Both the position numbers and the translations under genes were made by a program. This document shows, one piece after another, positions 37,461 through 51,100 of a DNA stretch of 64,000 nt. The stretch is from Takakia lepidozioides (taxonomy: Eukaryota > Plantae > Bryophyta), in NCBI GenBank assembly GCA_030704615.1, contig CM060733.1, positions 64,604,001 through 64,668,000 of the forward strand. Direction: 5' to 3'. The notes below the pieces were generated by a model. It made no database searches, was not told where the DNA came from, and worked only from the letters and a program-made list of their open reading frames with translations. How positions within the stretch are numbered: the first letter of the stretch is position 1; the number at the start of each line of letters is the position of its first letter.

Positions 37461-39232
37461 CTAATCTTGAAAATCATCACTATCGTCGTCCTATCCTTGA
37501 CTGTCCTGCTCCGCCTCCACCCCATCATTGCCTTTCTCATGTCCAGCGGACAGCTCGTTGCCCAGGCTTTCGAAAATCACATCAAAGAACGGGACATTCG
37601 TCTTGGCAGGAAGTGTAGGCCCTACATGTTTCGACCCGGATCCTAGAATCTTGCACATAACAATCACCCACAAGACCAATGAGAACCACAGTCCGGAAAT
37701 GCGTTTGACAAAAAATCACCCAGAAGGCTTTGCAAACTTATAATGTTTTCACTCACTCGTATTCCAGGTTCTCCTCGGCATCAATGTCCACTGTCTCTTC
37801 CTCGACTCCGACGAATCCAAGGAATCTTTGGCTTCGATGGGAGCCTTCACATTCTGTTGAAGTCCTTCCAGATGGGATCCCCAGACGAATGTGGCAAAGA
37901 GGTGCCGGTCGGAAAATTGCCCAGCCCACATTGAGGCACCTGTTACAATGCCATTCACTCATTGAAAAATAGCCCTTCACACATGACGAATTTGAACAGA
38001 ATGAGAATTCACAGAACAGCATAGTACAAGAATCTGCATACCTGTTCCACAGATGAGGTCCAGCACTCTGCCCTCCAGGTCAGTGCATGCCTCCATAATT
38101 GTCTGGATGAAGGCAGGGCTCCGAGTCCGTGAATACCGCAGAGGATCCGTTGAAGTGAGACTATGGGGAGGAGTTCCGTGGGAACGTTGTTGAACAGGAC
38201 GTCGTAATCGATGGGGTCGCAGTTCGGGTCAACCAACAATCCCTCCTTCCGGAAAGCAAAGGTCGAGTTCTCCTTCACAAAGCAGTATGCATCGAACTGC
38301 TTCGTTTGCATACACAGTGGGGAACGATTAGAAATTGAATGCGGCACCGCATTTCAAAACAGGTTACAAAATGAAAGGAAGATTGGTAATGTCCTAATTA
38401 CCTTCTTCCCTTCCGACCGAAGGCCCAATGTGTTGATGCACATCCACTTCTTCTTCAGAATTGGGACGGCGCTCTTGCGGGTCCACTTCGCAATTCCTGT
38501 CTCCGTGTTTTTGCCTCTGCTCGCCAGGACAACCACACAGCCTCTGTCGTCCAACACCATGTGGGCGAGCCCGAATCCTTTCTTCCAAAAGTCCTCGGAG
38601 TATTTGTTCCAAGATGGCAAACCTTGCAGTCCTTCCACAGGCTCTCCGTCCGGAATATCCAAGATGATCATATCGCAAGACCACTCTGTGGCTTTTCCTC
38701 CCCTCCTGCAATCCTTCCCTGCACACACCTTCTCAAAGAACGAGACCATCTTCAGAAACCCAGGGGTGTCGGAAGGCTCTGCTTCAGCCGCCTTCTTCAG
38801 TGCTCTGCCCTTCAGACCCTCCATGGTCTTGATGTATGCCAACTTGACTACCCGTCCGTCCAGAGCCGCCAAGAAACTCTCATTGACACACTGAACTACT
38901 GTTTCTGGCTCCACTTTCGGCCTCTTCATTTCCACCGGCTCGAAAGGGTGCCCCCCCGGGGGGTTGAAGAGTGCCTTCTTGGCTGAGCCTGTTCTCGTCC
39001 CTCTCGTGACAACGGTGGGCACAGTGGATTTTGGCTGCATTTCGGGGGGTGGGCTGGTTGCAAAGTCTCCATCGTTGTCCTCTTCGTCACCCTCTTCCTG
39101 CCCTATCTGTTTCTGCTTCTTCATCTTCTTTGGTGTCACAACTGCTGCTCCTTGCTGGCGAGTCCTCTTTTTCGACCCCTTCTGTTGAGCCTGCACAGCT
39201 GCATCCACCGTCTTCTGTGCCATCTCAGCTGC
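37461..39232 (-). pseudogene. 3' (methyltransferase-like) half of the ParB-MTase gene, copy C
   Basis: CDMIILDIPDG and IMEACTDLEGRVLDLICGTG; same intron positions as copy A. Confidence 0.8.
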
Positions 39233-39779
39233 CTTGTTCCAGCGTGGGAATTCTTTAGGCACGATTTCACCAATTGCACTGTACCGGATGGATTCAGAAG
39301 CTGGGAGCCGCCACTCTTTGCCCTTTCCGAAATCTGCATGTAGAATGACGGCACTTTCCAGAAAATTTCCATAAGCATCCTTCGTCTCCTCTTCCAAAAA
39401 CACCGTTCCAGGGCGGAGCCTGAACTTCACACACAAGTACTGCTCAGTGACAATCGCAAATCCTTGGTTGCAGGGTATTTTAGCTTTCAGAGAATCAGGA
39501 TGGAAGTACACGTTTACCCAAACACGGGAGTCCATATTGAAGACGGTACCTCTCGGTACGCTCCGCAGCGAAGTCCTGCAATGAGAAAAATATGTCCTAC
39601 ATAATACCACAATCATTTTCTAGAGGATTCTGTATCCAACAGGATGGGTGATCAGTGCACGTATGAATGAAGGTGTGTAACGTACGTTACAAATACGGAC
39701 GACCACAGCAAGTTCACATCGGATATTTGGTGCCTGAATTGTGATGTACCACCAGTTGGGCTATAATAAATCAGGCCTT

Positions 39780-41025
39780 CTCATGAATTTCGGCACCGAA
39801 ATCTGGATGAACATCTCTGTAATGTAACAGATTTGGAAGCCAGAGGATGAATTCTGGCGACAGAAATCGTAATTTGTTCACCTCATTAAACTGAGCAAGC
39901 ACCCGACGGATGGATTTTGGTGCCGAAATTCGGATGAACATGTTCTTCATGAAATTGTTTCTGCCCATAAGGGTTGAATTTCGGCGCCGAATTACGGATG
40001 AATGTGTTCGTGATTACAGTCATGATTCACCACGTGTCCGGATTTCGGTGCCGACATCCGAATGACAGTAATCTTGAATCGGCAGTAGGGATGAATTTTG
40101 GCGCCGAAATTCATCCTTACTGTCCGCAATGGGTAACTATAATATTACATTTTCTATGCGACGGATGAATTTCGGCGCCGAAATTCGTCCGAACCCGACA
40201 CTTACTTCTTGCTTCTGGATAATGTAATGTTCCGAAATTCGTTTGAAATAACCCATTCCGACGAAGATAACACGAATATTCTGCATTAAATGGAGAAATC
40301 GGCACATTCAACCCCATATGTCTTACAAAAGGCCGTTATCCAATGACGAAAGGGGATATTTTTTCATGTTGGGGGAAAATTAATTGCATTTTAGCCGTTG
40401 TTTTCATTTGAAACTGACAGTATCCATTAAGTTTTCATTTTTCGCACGGGACGTTGCCGCACATAAAGTATAATTCCGGTGCCGAAATTATAGTTAACTG
40501 TCCAGACATGGCAAGTCCAACAGGCATGGACAGCAACCGTGAGGGGCAATAATGGCGGCAAAGCGTAGCATGGTGCCGATTTAGTCTTCGCGCTGGATGA
40601 ATTTTGACGCTGAAATATGGATGATTTCACCTCGTCTACGCGCGGACGGAGATATTCTTAATGAATTTCGGCGCTGAAATATGGATGAAATGTGCCCAAG
40701 TGCAGCCGTCTCCACTGTCCCAGATTAATTCCGGCTCCGATATCCGACTGACAGGTTTGCTCATGACGGATGAGGACTGGGGAAGCGATGAATTGCGGCG
40801 CCGAAATTCATAAGTTTGTGTATGAAAGCACTTGCATATGATGAATTTTGGCGCCGAAATTCATCCGTCCGCTGATGAAACGTACCGACTTGACTGTTGA
40901 ATGTCATAGGCAGGGGATTTTCATGGCGGTTGGGTTTCATGATGTGCGGATATTTCATTCAATGTCGGCTGCTCCGGGAACAGCATCCGGTGAACGGAAC
41001 GGTATTTCGGTGCCGCAATTCGGAT
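39780..41025. repeat. Array of type-II palindromes (GGAT)GAATTTCGGCGCCGAAATTC(ATCC)
   Basis: Copies at about 39785, 39849, 39913, 39976, 40040, 40093, 40167, 40599, 40663, 40726, 40790 and 40843. Confidence 0.9.
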
Positions 41026-41553
41026 AAAGCGTCTTGTACTGGTGGCTTGAACAGGCACGCGTCGTGTTCCAGTCGACTTCAACCGTGCGAACGTGTCAGG
41101 GGTCGCAATCTCTTCATCACCCATACGGCAGAAAGTGGTGGACGGTGGCAACGCTTCGGGAGACGTGGCTGCTTACGCAGCTGCCCGTGCACAGTGGTTG
41201 CATGTTCCACCGCTTCGCTCTCTCGCTCCTTGCCCTTCTGCAGTGACATTCTCCTGCGTTTCTTCTCCTTATGCAGCATAGTAGTGGAAGGTCAGGCGAC
41301 TCCGACAAAGAGAAGGAGGACGCGGGAGACGACACGACTTAAGCTCCGTCTCATGCAGGAAATGCAGACCTCGTTATCTGGAGACTCAGATCGCCCACCA
41401 GTGCGAGATTTGTGCTTCGCGGATGTGAAGCACGCCATACGCACTATTCCTTTTACACCTTTTTTTTTGCGTGCAGTGTGTCATGTTTTCCTGTTTGTTT
41501 GACATGGGAGCTGGGGAGGGATCGCAGAGACTCATAGCAACATAGGCCGCGTT

Positions 41554-42345
41554 TTGGGCTCCATGGTGTATCCGGAGAACCTCAAAGTTCCTTTGTGTCG
41601 CATGGTTAGCCTTCCAGATCGACTGAAGCACAACTTTAGAGAGGGGTACAGACGGGGGTCGGCAGCATTCTACGTTTCCATTGAGAATGACCAGGGTGTC
41701 ACAAGGGGCCCTACTGCAGAGGAGCTTCAGAATTGGAGCCCCCACTGGCACACTGTAAATGCCGAGTTTGAAGCCTCTCTTGAGACTAATCCCACATTCG
41801 TACACATGGAAGGGAAGATGTTTTTCGTTTGGGACGGGAACCACAGGATGCTTGCCTGGATAGAGTACATTGCTGAAATGCATCCGCAAGATATCAATTG
41901 GCATTACATGGTGGACTGCATTGTCGTGAAGGTGGACGTCAGGGACAGAGGACTGCTGAAGGGTGCCATGGCGGATATAAATCTGTAAGTATACAACTAC
42001 ATCCTTGTGTACTGCCTATTGCGGCGCCAAAATAGACAATGTTCTTGACTGTCATGCACTCTATGAACTGGAAATTGGATTGATGTGCCGAAATATGGTT
42101 ATTTTTGTATCATATTTTCATGTTGTTCCTTTTTATTTTCTCCATGGCAGGGTAACAGAGAGGGCCTTCGTGGAAACTCATCTGGCACATACGCTCTACA
42201 GAGTGCAAGAAGTGGGAACAGCACCGCTGACGGACTTCCAAAAATCCCTCGATCCCGAGTTGTACAGGAAGTCCTTTGCGAAAGCGGATCGCACCTGGTA
42301 CCGACCAACACTGGACGCCATGGTGGAGATCCTGCTGAATTCTGT
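41554..42345 (+). pseudogene. ParB/Srx-like domain exons of copy E, truncated
   Basis: VPLCRMVSLP, MFFVWDGNHRMLAW, AMADIN, intron, VTERAFVETHLAH; same intron position as copy A. Confidence 0.8.
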
Positions 42346-42404
42346 TAGCTGTTTCGAATGCCTCATCCACTGTATTACGGGGTAGCATATCCACTTTCTT
42401 TTGT

Positions 42405-43100
42405 AATTCAGGTCTTAGTCCACTCACAAACCAAGTCTTCTGTAATCCTGGTGCTGGTACATCAACCAGTTTTTCATCATTAACTCCATCTTTTCCATAT
42501 ATTCTTCAACAATGTCATGCTTCTTTTGCCTCAACTGTTGTAAACTCCCATACACTTCATCTTCAGTTTTGCTTGTCCTGAACCTGTTTCGGAATGCTGT
42601 ACTTAGGCCATTCCAGGTTAGGAAATGATTATTAGGAAACCTTGCATACCATTCACTTGCTTTCTTGATAAGTGAACAAGAAAACAATCTCATTTTGGCA
42701 TCATCGCCATTCTCGTTGTTCATAATACACATGTGCTCAAATTGGCTGATGTGTACATCAGGATCCCCTTTTCCTGCATATATTGGAAAATGTGGCTTTG
42801 CCCGTGTTGAAGGTACTGCCATCTGTGGCCCTACACCCTACCCTTTGATAGGTGCTGGTCCTCATGTAGGTGTTGGTCCTTGAGGACCTGCTGTTGTAGT
42901 GGTGGAACTCCCACCGAGTGTTGGCCCCTAAGCACTCCCTACTACTGGCCCCCCTGTACTTGCAGTACCCTCAGCTCCAGTTGCACTACTTCCCACACTC
43001 CCTATCCCCCCAGAGCCAGATCCAAGCTGCCCGCCTGATCCCCCTGAGCCGACACCTTTGTTGGCCTGTGATCCAAGTGCTCCACTTGATCCAGGTCCAA
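42405..43100 (-). pseudogene. Ty3/gypsy gag fragment
   Basis: YAGKGDPDVHISQFE, RLFSCSLIKKASEWY, TWNGLSTAFRNRF, LRQKKHDIVEEY. Confidence 0.8.
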
Positions 43101-45400
43101 CAGTAGAAACGACAGCGTTGACAATGGCTGAGATGAGGTTACGGTCAGGATGATGGTGGTGGGAGGAGGGGCGGGCAATGTGGTTGCAGATGAGGAATAA
43201 GGAGGTAAGGTTGTCAGTGAAGATGAAGTATGGGGGGGGGGGGGAGGTATCGAGTAGGAGGAGAGCGTCGTATATGGCCATAAGCTTGACCCTGAGAATA
43301 GTTGCAGGGCCAGGGAGTTTGAGGGCCACTCCTCTCCCCGTACCTGTGTGATAGATACCGTAGTTTGCATTAGTTTGAGTAAGGGATCCATCAGTATAAT
43401 GAGAGTTCGCGGGAGGGTATTTGAGGGGGTAGGATTGCCGGTACAATGAGGGAATGGGGGGGAGGGGGTTTGTTGGTGTGGCATGTGGAGGGCGCTGCAG
43501 TGCCTCAATCCAGGCTTTATTTGTTTTAATTCTGGGGAGGGGGGTAGGTATATTTGTACAATGGGGGATAGGTGGGTGGTGGATGATGGCCTTTATTTTA
43601 TGAGTAATGGTTAGTAGATGTTCTAGTTTGTGACAGAAAGGTGTGGGTATGGCAGCGTGGTGGGGGTTTTGTACATGCAAGATGAGGGATAGGGTGGGTT
43701 CATTTTGCCTGAGGTATTTGGGAAAAGGAGGGGTATGGGTATATTTAAGTTGGTTTAGGTCGATTGTGGCTAATAGCTTGACCCTAGCAGGGAGGCGTAG
43801 AAGTGGGTGGGAGGTGGTAGGTGTGTTTTGTTGTGTGAGGATGAGGATAGTTGAAGCATAAGAAGATGAATGCGCAACATATTTGGCCCATTGAAGAGCT
43901 TCATGGGCGAGGGGTCCAGATGGAGGGTGAGCGAGACCACGGCCCTCCCATGTATGCTGAGTAGCATTACCAGTGGCCCCGAAAATACAATCTCTTTGAT
44001 GTGGGCTAGCAAATGTGTCGAGTTCCATAGGGCAGGTTAATGGGTTGAAGTAGTATGAATGAGTGATCTGGAATGTTTTGATAAGTAAGACGAGAATATC
44101 TTTGGGAATAGTATGGTGTGCGCTTGCCGTTTCTAGCCGTGCAAGGGAACGTGGTTTTTTAGGAGGGGTGTCTTTGAGATAGCGGTCGATAAGCCAATAT
44201 ACTTCTGTGGCAAAATCTTGTTTTGGTGGGAATAGCTCCTGTGGGTATGTCTTTGGGGCAGAGTATAACTTGCTCCATAGCCATGTTAATCTATCGTTGG
44301 GGATAAGCCCTATGTAGCGGCCATTTTGTGCATATATACTAGAAAGGCGGGGGTCCATGCAGATTAGTGGTTGAGCATGTTGGATATCTTTGTCCGGATT
44401 ACATTCAACTATGCATATGTGTATGTTGGGGGCCGAGATCAGCTTATGAATGTACCTGTTGTCTGTATGCTGGATGGGGGTGGCATGTTGTTGGTGAATA
44501 TGTGTTAGGTAGTCAATGTTAGTGGTTTTGTAGAACATGGTGAGAAGGGTGAGATTGTGGTCTGGGTCACAATCATCGTGTGGGCCGAATAGATCATCTT
44601 TTATTTGCCATGTATTGTCTTCGTCAGGGTAGCCGCCCACTTGCAATGGTAGTATGTGTCAACACGGGTGGCCCCGAAGGCGTCAGTTGACGTTTGGGTT
44701 AATACCTAGTATGGCTTCAATAACATAGGCATCAGGGTTATCAGAGTTATGCGGGGAGGTAGGGTGGGGCATTATGGGGGATAGTGGGGGGTGGGTGGGA
44801 GGGTCTTGTGTATTGGCTGGGGAGGTTAGTGTTAGGGAAGAGTTGCTGGTTGGCATAATATGTTGTATGGCACGTACTTGAGGAAGGGGATCAGGTTCCG
44901 TAGATGCGGGGGTGTTAGCGGTGTTTGATGTGCAAAGCTTCTGGTAAATGGAGGTGGTTGGGGTTCATATATTGAGGGAGCAAATCTTGGGCTGTGTGTG
45001 GATAGTAAGGGCAGGGAAGATTACAATCAAGGGTGCAGGCTTGGGATGGGTGACAGAAGAGTGTGCGGAGGTGCTGTAAGTACCGGCTAGTTTTGGTTGT
45101 AGCACGCAAAAATTTAGTAGTGAATTCACTTGGCCTTAAAAGTCGGCGACCTGTTGCTGTGATAAGTTGGGTGAGGGTAATAATGTGGCGCTCTTTGAAA
45201 TAAGTGAGGATGGGAATTTTTTGTTTTGGGTGAGAGCGTTCGACTCGTGATAGGAAAGGACTTGTGATCCATGTGCGTTCCATTTGGCGGAGGATGAGTA
45301 GTGTATGCGCAGTGGGGGATGTGCAAGCACACAACAGGTTCCAGCGTTCCTCCTCCCTTGCACTCCAAGCTCGCACCTTCACAAAACTGTCTTTTCGCAT
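43100..45400 (-). mobile_element. Non-LTR retrotransposon fragment with RNase H (same family as 32700-34110)
   Basis: YTDGS...LPGPATILRVKLMAIYDAL...IFTDNLTSLFLI...HHHHPDRN closely parallels 32740-32950; strong C/A skew on the coding strand. Confidence 0.75.
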
Positions 45401-47249
45401 TCTGGCAGTAGCAGCCCGCTCCGTACTCGAAACAATATTATGTTCATATGTATATGTATAGTAGTCGTATATACGATTAGGTAGCCCTGGACCCTAGGCC
45501 CCAGCCTAGGATATAGAATCATTTTAAGAATCTATCCTAAGGCTGGAAAGATTCTTGAAATACCCCAGGCCCGGGTCCAAGGTTCACTTGCTGGCCACAA
45601 AATGTTCCTTTACATTCCCATAGGATACCCCAGCCATGTGGTTGTTTGAGGAACAAAACCCCCAGACATTGTATGTCCTGGGCTATGGAATATTGTCTCA
45701 GGCTTTGGAATCTTTAGCCCGGGCTTTAGAATCTTTCAATGTATGGCTCTTTTTCCATTCCCTAGCCAGCCCCGGCATGAGGACGGGAGCCCGGGCCCGC
45801 GGCACTATCCTGAAAGACATAGTGCCGAGGGGCGCCGGCCTTTATTAGGGTATGTCTTACGGGGAATTTCCCAGGCGGGGCCCATTCCTCCTTTTCTTTA
45901 TCTTTCTGCTTCTTTACTTCTTGTCCTTTCCCTCGTACAATTGAGAAATAACTGGAAAGAAATAAGCTGGAAAGGAATAAGATGGAAAATCTTTACGCAG
46001 GGGAAGTGACTGTCCCTTGGTACTTCCGCCTTTTGAGGTTTGCGAACGAGGGTGTAGTCGTCCTTGAAATGCGAGGGAACTCGCCGTTTGCCAGGTGCGC
46101 AAAGAGCTCGCCTACCCGGGCTGTTGACTGCCTACCCGGCAGAAATGGCTCGGAGAGGGGCATTCCGTCGCACCAACCTGAACGTTCCTCGCCATTGCTT
46201 CACTTGAGAACTTCCGTTAGAATTTGGAACGTCTACTAAGTTACTCCAGGACGCTGATCTGTACTGCGCTCTCTTTAGACTTTAGACGTGCTGTGGCAAG
46301 GCTTCGAGAGCTGCCAGCTGATGGTGTCAAGCCACCAAAAAAGTGCAGCAGCGAGAGTAATTCACACCCGTGCGTGACCGTTGAAGCTTCGAGGAGCCTG
46401 CTGTTGCAATCGTTTCTTGCATCGGGATTGCAAGTACACGCACCAAAATATATCTTTCGGCCTCTTTCATGCGCAGAAGACGGAGTCGCTTGCATATGGT
46501 GGCTATGGCGCCTTTAGGGATGTCATTCAAATTCGGTAATAACACGAAACACTTCGCGGTTTCCTTTCTTGGGGTCGCTTTGTTGTATGTATGCGCCGTC
46601 GGAACCAGGCTCCGAATCGTCCTTTCGCAATTCAGCAAAAACGAATGTAGCGAATGTACTCTGGGCAAAAGCAATAAAGCGCACGGGGTCGTTAGATAAG
46701 GCCTATAATTGGTATATCTGGCGCGTAGGTCAATGCTGGAGCATGGAACTGCGGAGCCAGGAGTTCTTGAAAGATCCTTTACAACGGTGGGACAGGAGCC
46801 TTGACAAGGTGAGCTTTCTTCATGTGGGATGAGAAGGAGTGTGAGGGAGTGTTGAGTGAAGTTAGAATCTCGCTTGCTCTGCAGAAACTACTTTTACTGT
46901 CCATGTCGCAGGTTGTTCTTTCTAAGCAGGGTATGAAAGTAGGATGCGCAAGCGCTTTCCCTGGAGTTGGCAAGGCACTGGGGAGGGTTGAGACTGTGGC
47001 TGCTCAGCTGCTCCCTGGTGGTTTCTACAGACCAGTCCAAAATTTCCAGACTATAGACATAAGCTGGTTTAGCAGCTGTGTAAGTTTGGACATGTTCGTA
47101 TGTTCCTCTTTGTGTAGAGTCCCATGGAGCCCAAAGTGAATGTGGCATGGATGTTGTTGAAAGGTGACTTACACTCCTCTATAAGATACTTGTCCAAATG
47201 TTGATTCTGTGGGATTTTCGGTCACAAAGGTCTACTTTGGATCATGGAA

Positions 47250-48153
47250 GAGCAGAGCTGGCATGAGGTTCTTAAAGATCCTTCACAATGGTGGGACAAC
47301 CGCAATTGCAAGGTGTGGCTTTCTTAATGCTGGACGGGAAGAAGTTTGTCCATCCTGCAAAATGTGGGCTCTTCCTGTTAGTATCACGATTTGGTAATTT
47401 TCCTGGTGTTTGTAAGGTACTTGGGGATGGTCAGTGTGGTCTTAGGAGGCCGAGTTTAGATCTATGGCTGCTCAGTTGCACCATGCTGGTTCTCCTCACA
47501 GACCGATTCGAGATTGCCTGACTACAGACACAAGCAGCACACACAAGGGGACCTTTTGGGTTGATGGTCAGTCGAATCCTCCAAGGGTGAAAGAAAAGCT
47601 AGCTGCTTTCATGACACAAGGTCAAGGACAACTTGGTGAGGGCACCTCCTTCATCAACACAATTCAGTGTTTTTTGCCCTCTCATCAGAGTCGTCCTAAT
47701 TTTCCATGTTGAGTTTTGCAAGTAACCTCGTTTGGTGGATCTATTTGTGGTTGGTGTGATTTTCACATGTTACTGCCAATGTGGCAGCAGGAAAGTATCC
47801 AAAAACAAATAACAAAGACGAGGAGAAGCTTTGGAATGAGTATTTTTCCGACCCCAATCAATGGTGGGACAATCGAGGCAAAAAGGTGAATGGCTGTTAG
47901 ATTACAGAGAGAAGCAGACAACAAGATGCAATACAAAGCTTTGTTGGCAATTGTCATCCTCTCTCTCCCCAGCACAGTTTTAACGTCTTGGGCACTTCAG
48001 CATCAGAGGTAGTGTGTGATAAGTAAGGTTGGGGTGTTTGCTAGAACAAATCTAGGCTGTCATTGTCAGCTGCTAGCAGCAAGGCGAGGGCCTATACTTG
48101 AATGGTGCAGAGGCAGGGCAAGCTGAAGGAGCAGGGATAGAGTGTGGGTCCAG
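47250..48153 (+). CDS. Putative upstream exons encoding OSB-type PDF motifs, apparently spliced to the PPR exon
   Basis: WHEVLKDPSQWWDNRNCK|gt (to 47312); ag|TDSRLPDYRHK..WVDGQSNPPRVKEKL (from 47502, one frameshift); EEKLWNEYFSDPNQWWDNRGKK|gt (to about 47885); ag|IHERGPDFKHKITYDPLW (from 48154). Confidence 0.65.
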
Positions 48154-51100
48154 ATTCATGAAAGAGGGCCGGATTTCAAGCACAAGATTACGTATGATCC
48201 CCTGTGGATTGATAGCCACAAGAAACCTGCATGGGTAGATGGTCAACTGGAAGCAGCAGCAGCAACAGCAGCGGCACAGTTGATAAAATCAGGCACATCG
48301 ACCATCACCACAGCTTCCAAAAGAGGAGCAAGAGAGGGTGTCCACAATGCTGCTTCTGGCACTTCTGGGCATGTGAGGACGCTATGTGAGGCAGGGCAAC
48401 TGAAAGAGGCTCTACAGACTTTAAACCAAGGAGGCATTTCAGTAGATTCAGATACTTATGTCTGTCTCTTGCGTAAGTGCATCAAGATGAAAGGTCTGGA
48501 AGCTGGAAAGCAGGTGCACGCTCACATTATCCAAAGTGGATTCAAGCCAAACGTTTTCCTAGACAACACCCTTGTCAACATGTATGTTAAGTGTGGGAGC
48601 ATCGTGGATGCTCACCAAGTGTTCAACAGAATGCCTCAACGATGTGTGGTCTCGTGGAATATAATGATGGCAGGATTTACCAAGAATGGGTGTGGTAGGA
48701 ATGCTTTGGAGACATATGAGCAAATGATGCGGGAAGGTGTGAAGCCCAACCAGATCACCTTTGTTTGTGTGTTCAATGCGTGTGCGAGCCTTGCAGCCCT
48801 GGAAAAGGGCCAAGAGGTCCATGGTGACATCGTCAAAGCTGGAATTGTACCAGATGTCATTCTGAACAATACCCTTGTGGACATGTATGCCAAATGTGGG
48901 TGCATGGAGCAGGCAAAGCGAGTGTTCGACAATATGGTTGATCGAGATGTGGTGTCGTGGAGTGCAATGATTGCAGGATATGCACTGCAGGGGCGTGGGA
49001 TGGAGGCTTTGGAGACCTATTTGCAAATGATGCGGGAAGGTGTGAAGCCTGACCACATCACGTTTGTTTGCGTTTGCAAGGCATGTGGAAGCCTGGCAGC
49101 TTTAGGAAAAGGCAAAGAGGTCCATGGTGACATTGGCAAAGCTGGAATTGTACCAGATGTCATGCTGAACAATACGCTGGTGGACATGTATGCCAAATGT
49201 GGCTCCATTGAGGACGCAAAGGGAGTGTTTGACAATATGGCTGAACGAGACGTGGTCTCATGGAGCACCATGATTGCAGGATATGCACAGCAGGGGTGTG
49301 GGCTGGAGGCTTTGGCGACCTATGAGCAAATGATGAGGGAAGGGGTGAAGCCCAACAAAATCACGTTTGTTTGCGTTTGCAATGCGTGTGCAAGCCTGGC
49401 AGCCCTGGAAAAGGGCAAAGAACTCCATGGTGACATTGTCAAAGCTGGAATTGTACCAGATGTCATTCTGAACACTGCCCTGGTGGACATGTATACCAAA
49501 TGCCGGAGCGTTGAAGATGCAAAGGAAGTGTTCGACAATATGGCTGAACGAAATGTGGTGTCCTGGAGTGCAATGATCGCAGGATATGCACAGCAGGGGT
49601 ACGGGATAGAGGCTTTGGAGACCTATGAGCAAATGATGCGTGACGGGGTGAAGCCCAACCACATCACATTTGTTTGCGTTTGCAATGCATGTGCGAGCCT
49701 GGCAGCCCTGGAAAAGGGCAAAGAGGTCCATGGTGACATCTTCAAAGCTGGAATTGTACCAGATGTGATTCTGAACAATACCCTGGTGGACATGTATGCC
49801 AAATGTGGGTGCATTGAGGATGCAAAGGGAGTATTTGACTATATGGCTGAACGAGATGTGGTATCGTGGAATGGGATGATCGCAGGATATGCACAGCAGG
49901 GGCGCGGGATGGAGGCTTTGGAGACCTATGAGAAAATGATACTAGAAGGGGTGAAGCCCAACCACATCACGTTTGTTTGTGTTTGCCATGCGTGTGCAAG
50001 CCTGGCAGCCCTGGAAAAGGGCAAAGAACTCCATGGTGACATTGTCAAAGCTGGAATTGTACCAGATGTCATTCTGAACACTGCTCTGGTGGACATGTAT
50101 GCCAAATGCCAGAGCATTGAAGCTGCAAAGCGAGTGTTCGACTGTATGGCTGAACGAAATGTGGTGTCATGGAGTGCCATGATGGCAGGATATGCACAGC
50201 AGGGGCGCGGGATGGAGGCTTTGGAGACCTATAAGCAAATGATACAGGAAGGGGTGAAGCCCGACCATATCACATTTGTTTGTGTTTGCAATGCGTGTGC
50301 GAGCCTGGCAGCCCTGGAAAAGGGCAAAGAGGTCCATGGTGACATCGTCAAATCTGCAATTGCACCAGATGTCATTCTGAACAATACCTTGGTGGACATG
50401 TATGCCAAATGTGGGTGCATTGAGGATGCAAAGGGAGTGTTTGCCAATATGGCTGAACGAGATGTGGTGTCCTGGAACGCGATGATCGCAGGATATGCAC
50501 AGCACGGGCATGGGATGGAGGCTTTGGAGACCTATGAGAAAATGATACAGGAAGGGGTGAAGCCCAACCACATCACGTTTGTCTGCGTTTGCAATGCATG
50601 TGCAAGCTTGGCAGCCCTGGTAAAGGGCAAAGAGGTTCATGGTGACATTGTCAAAGCTGGAATTGTACCAGATGTGATTCTGAACAATACCCTGGTGGAC
50701 ATGTATGCCAAATGTGGGTGCATCGAGGATGCAAAGAGAGTGTTTGGCAATATGGCTGAACGAGATGTGGTGTCGTGGAACGCTATGATTGCAGGCCATG
50801 CACAGCATGGTTGTCATAGGGAGGCCCTACAACTATTTGAAGGAATGCAAATGGAAGGCTTGAAGCCGGACAGTATCACCTTTATATGTGTTCTCTCTGC
50901 TTGCAGCCACGTTGGCCTATTGGATGACGGAAGACGCTACTTTGATTCCCTGAGTCAAGATCATGGTGTCACTCCCACAGTGAAACACTTTGGCTGCATG
51001 GTGGACCTTCTTGGACGTGCGGGACGATTGGATGAGGCAGAGGACCTCATTAATCAAATGCCAATCAAACCAGATGCTGTGGTGTGGAAGGCCTTGCTTG

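Larger units (their letters stand above)
34144..39232. mobile_element. Left part of a sister copy of element A (copy C)
   Basis: Same left TIR; colinear with 11130 to about 15842 at high nucleotide similarity. Confidence 0.9.
39233..42400. mobile_element. Inverted central fragment of a diverged subfamily (copy E): transposase N-terminus (-), palindrome array, ParB-like exons (+)
   Basis: 39233-39535 (-) VTEQYLCVKFRLRPGTVFLEEE matches VTETYLCSKFKLKPGTVYLEEE of the copy A transposase. 41554-42345 (+) is ParB-like. Confidence 0.8.

Noticed and set aside
45400-47200. Short ORFs and CCTAGG/CCCGGG-rich stretch upstream of the PDF-PPR gene
   Set aside because: No coherent coding signal apart from one degenerate PDF-like half motif near 46750-46810; the gene start and any MITE could not be delimited.
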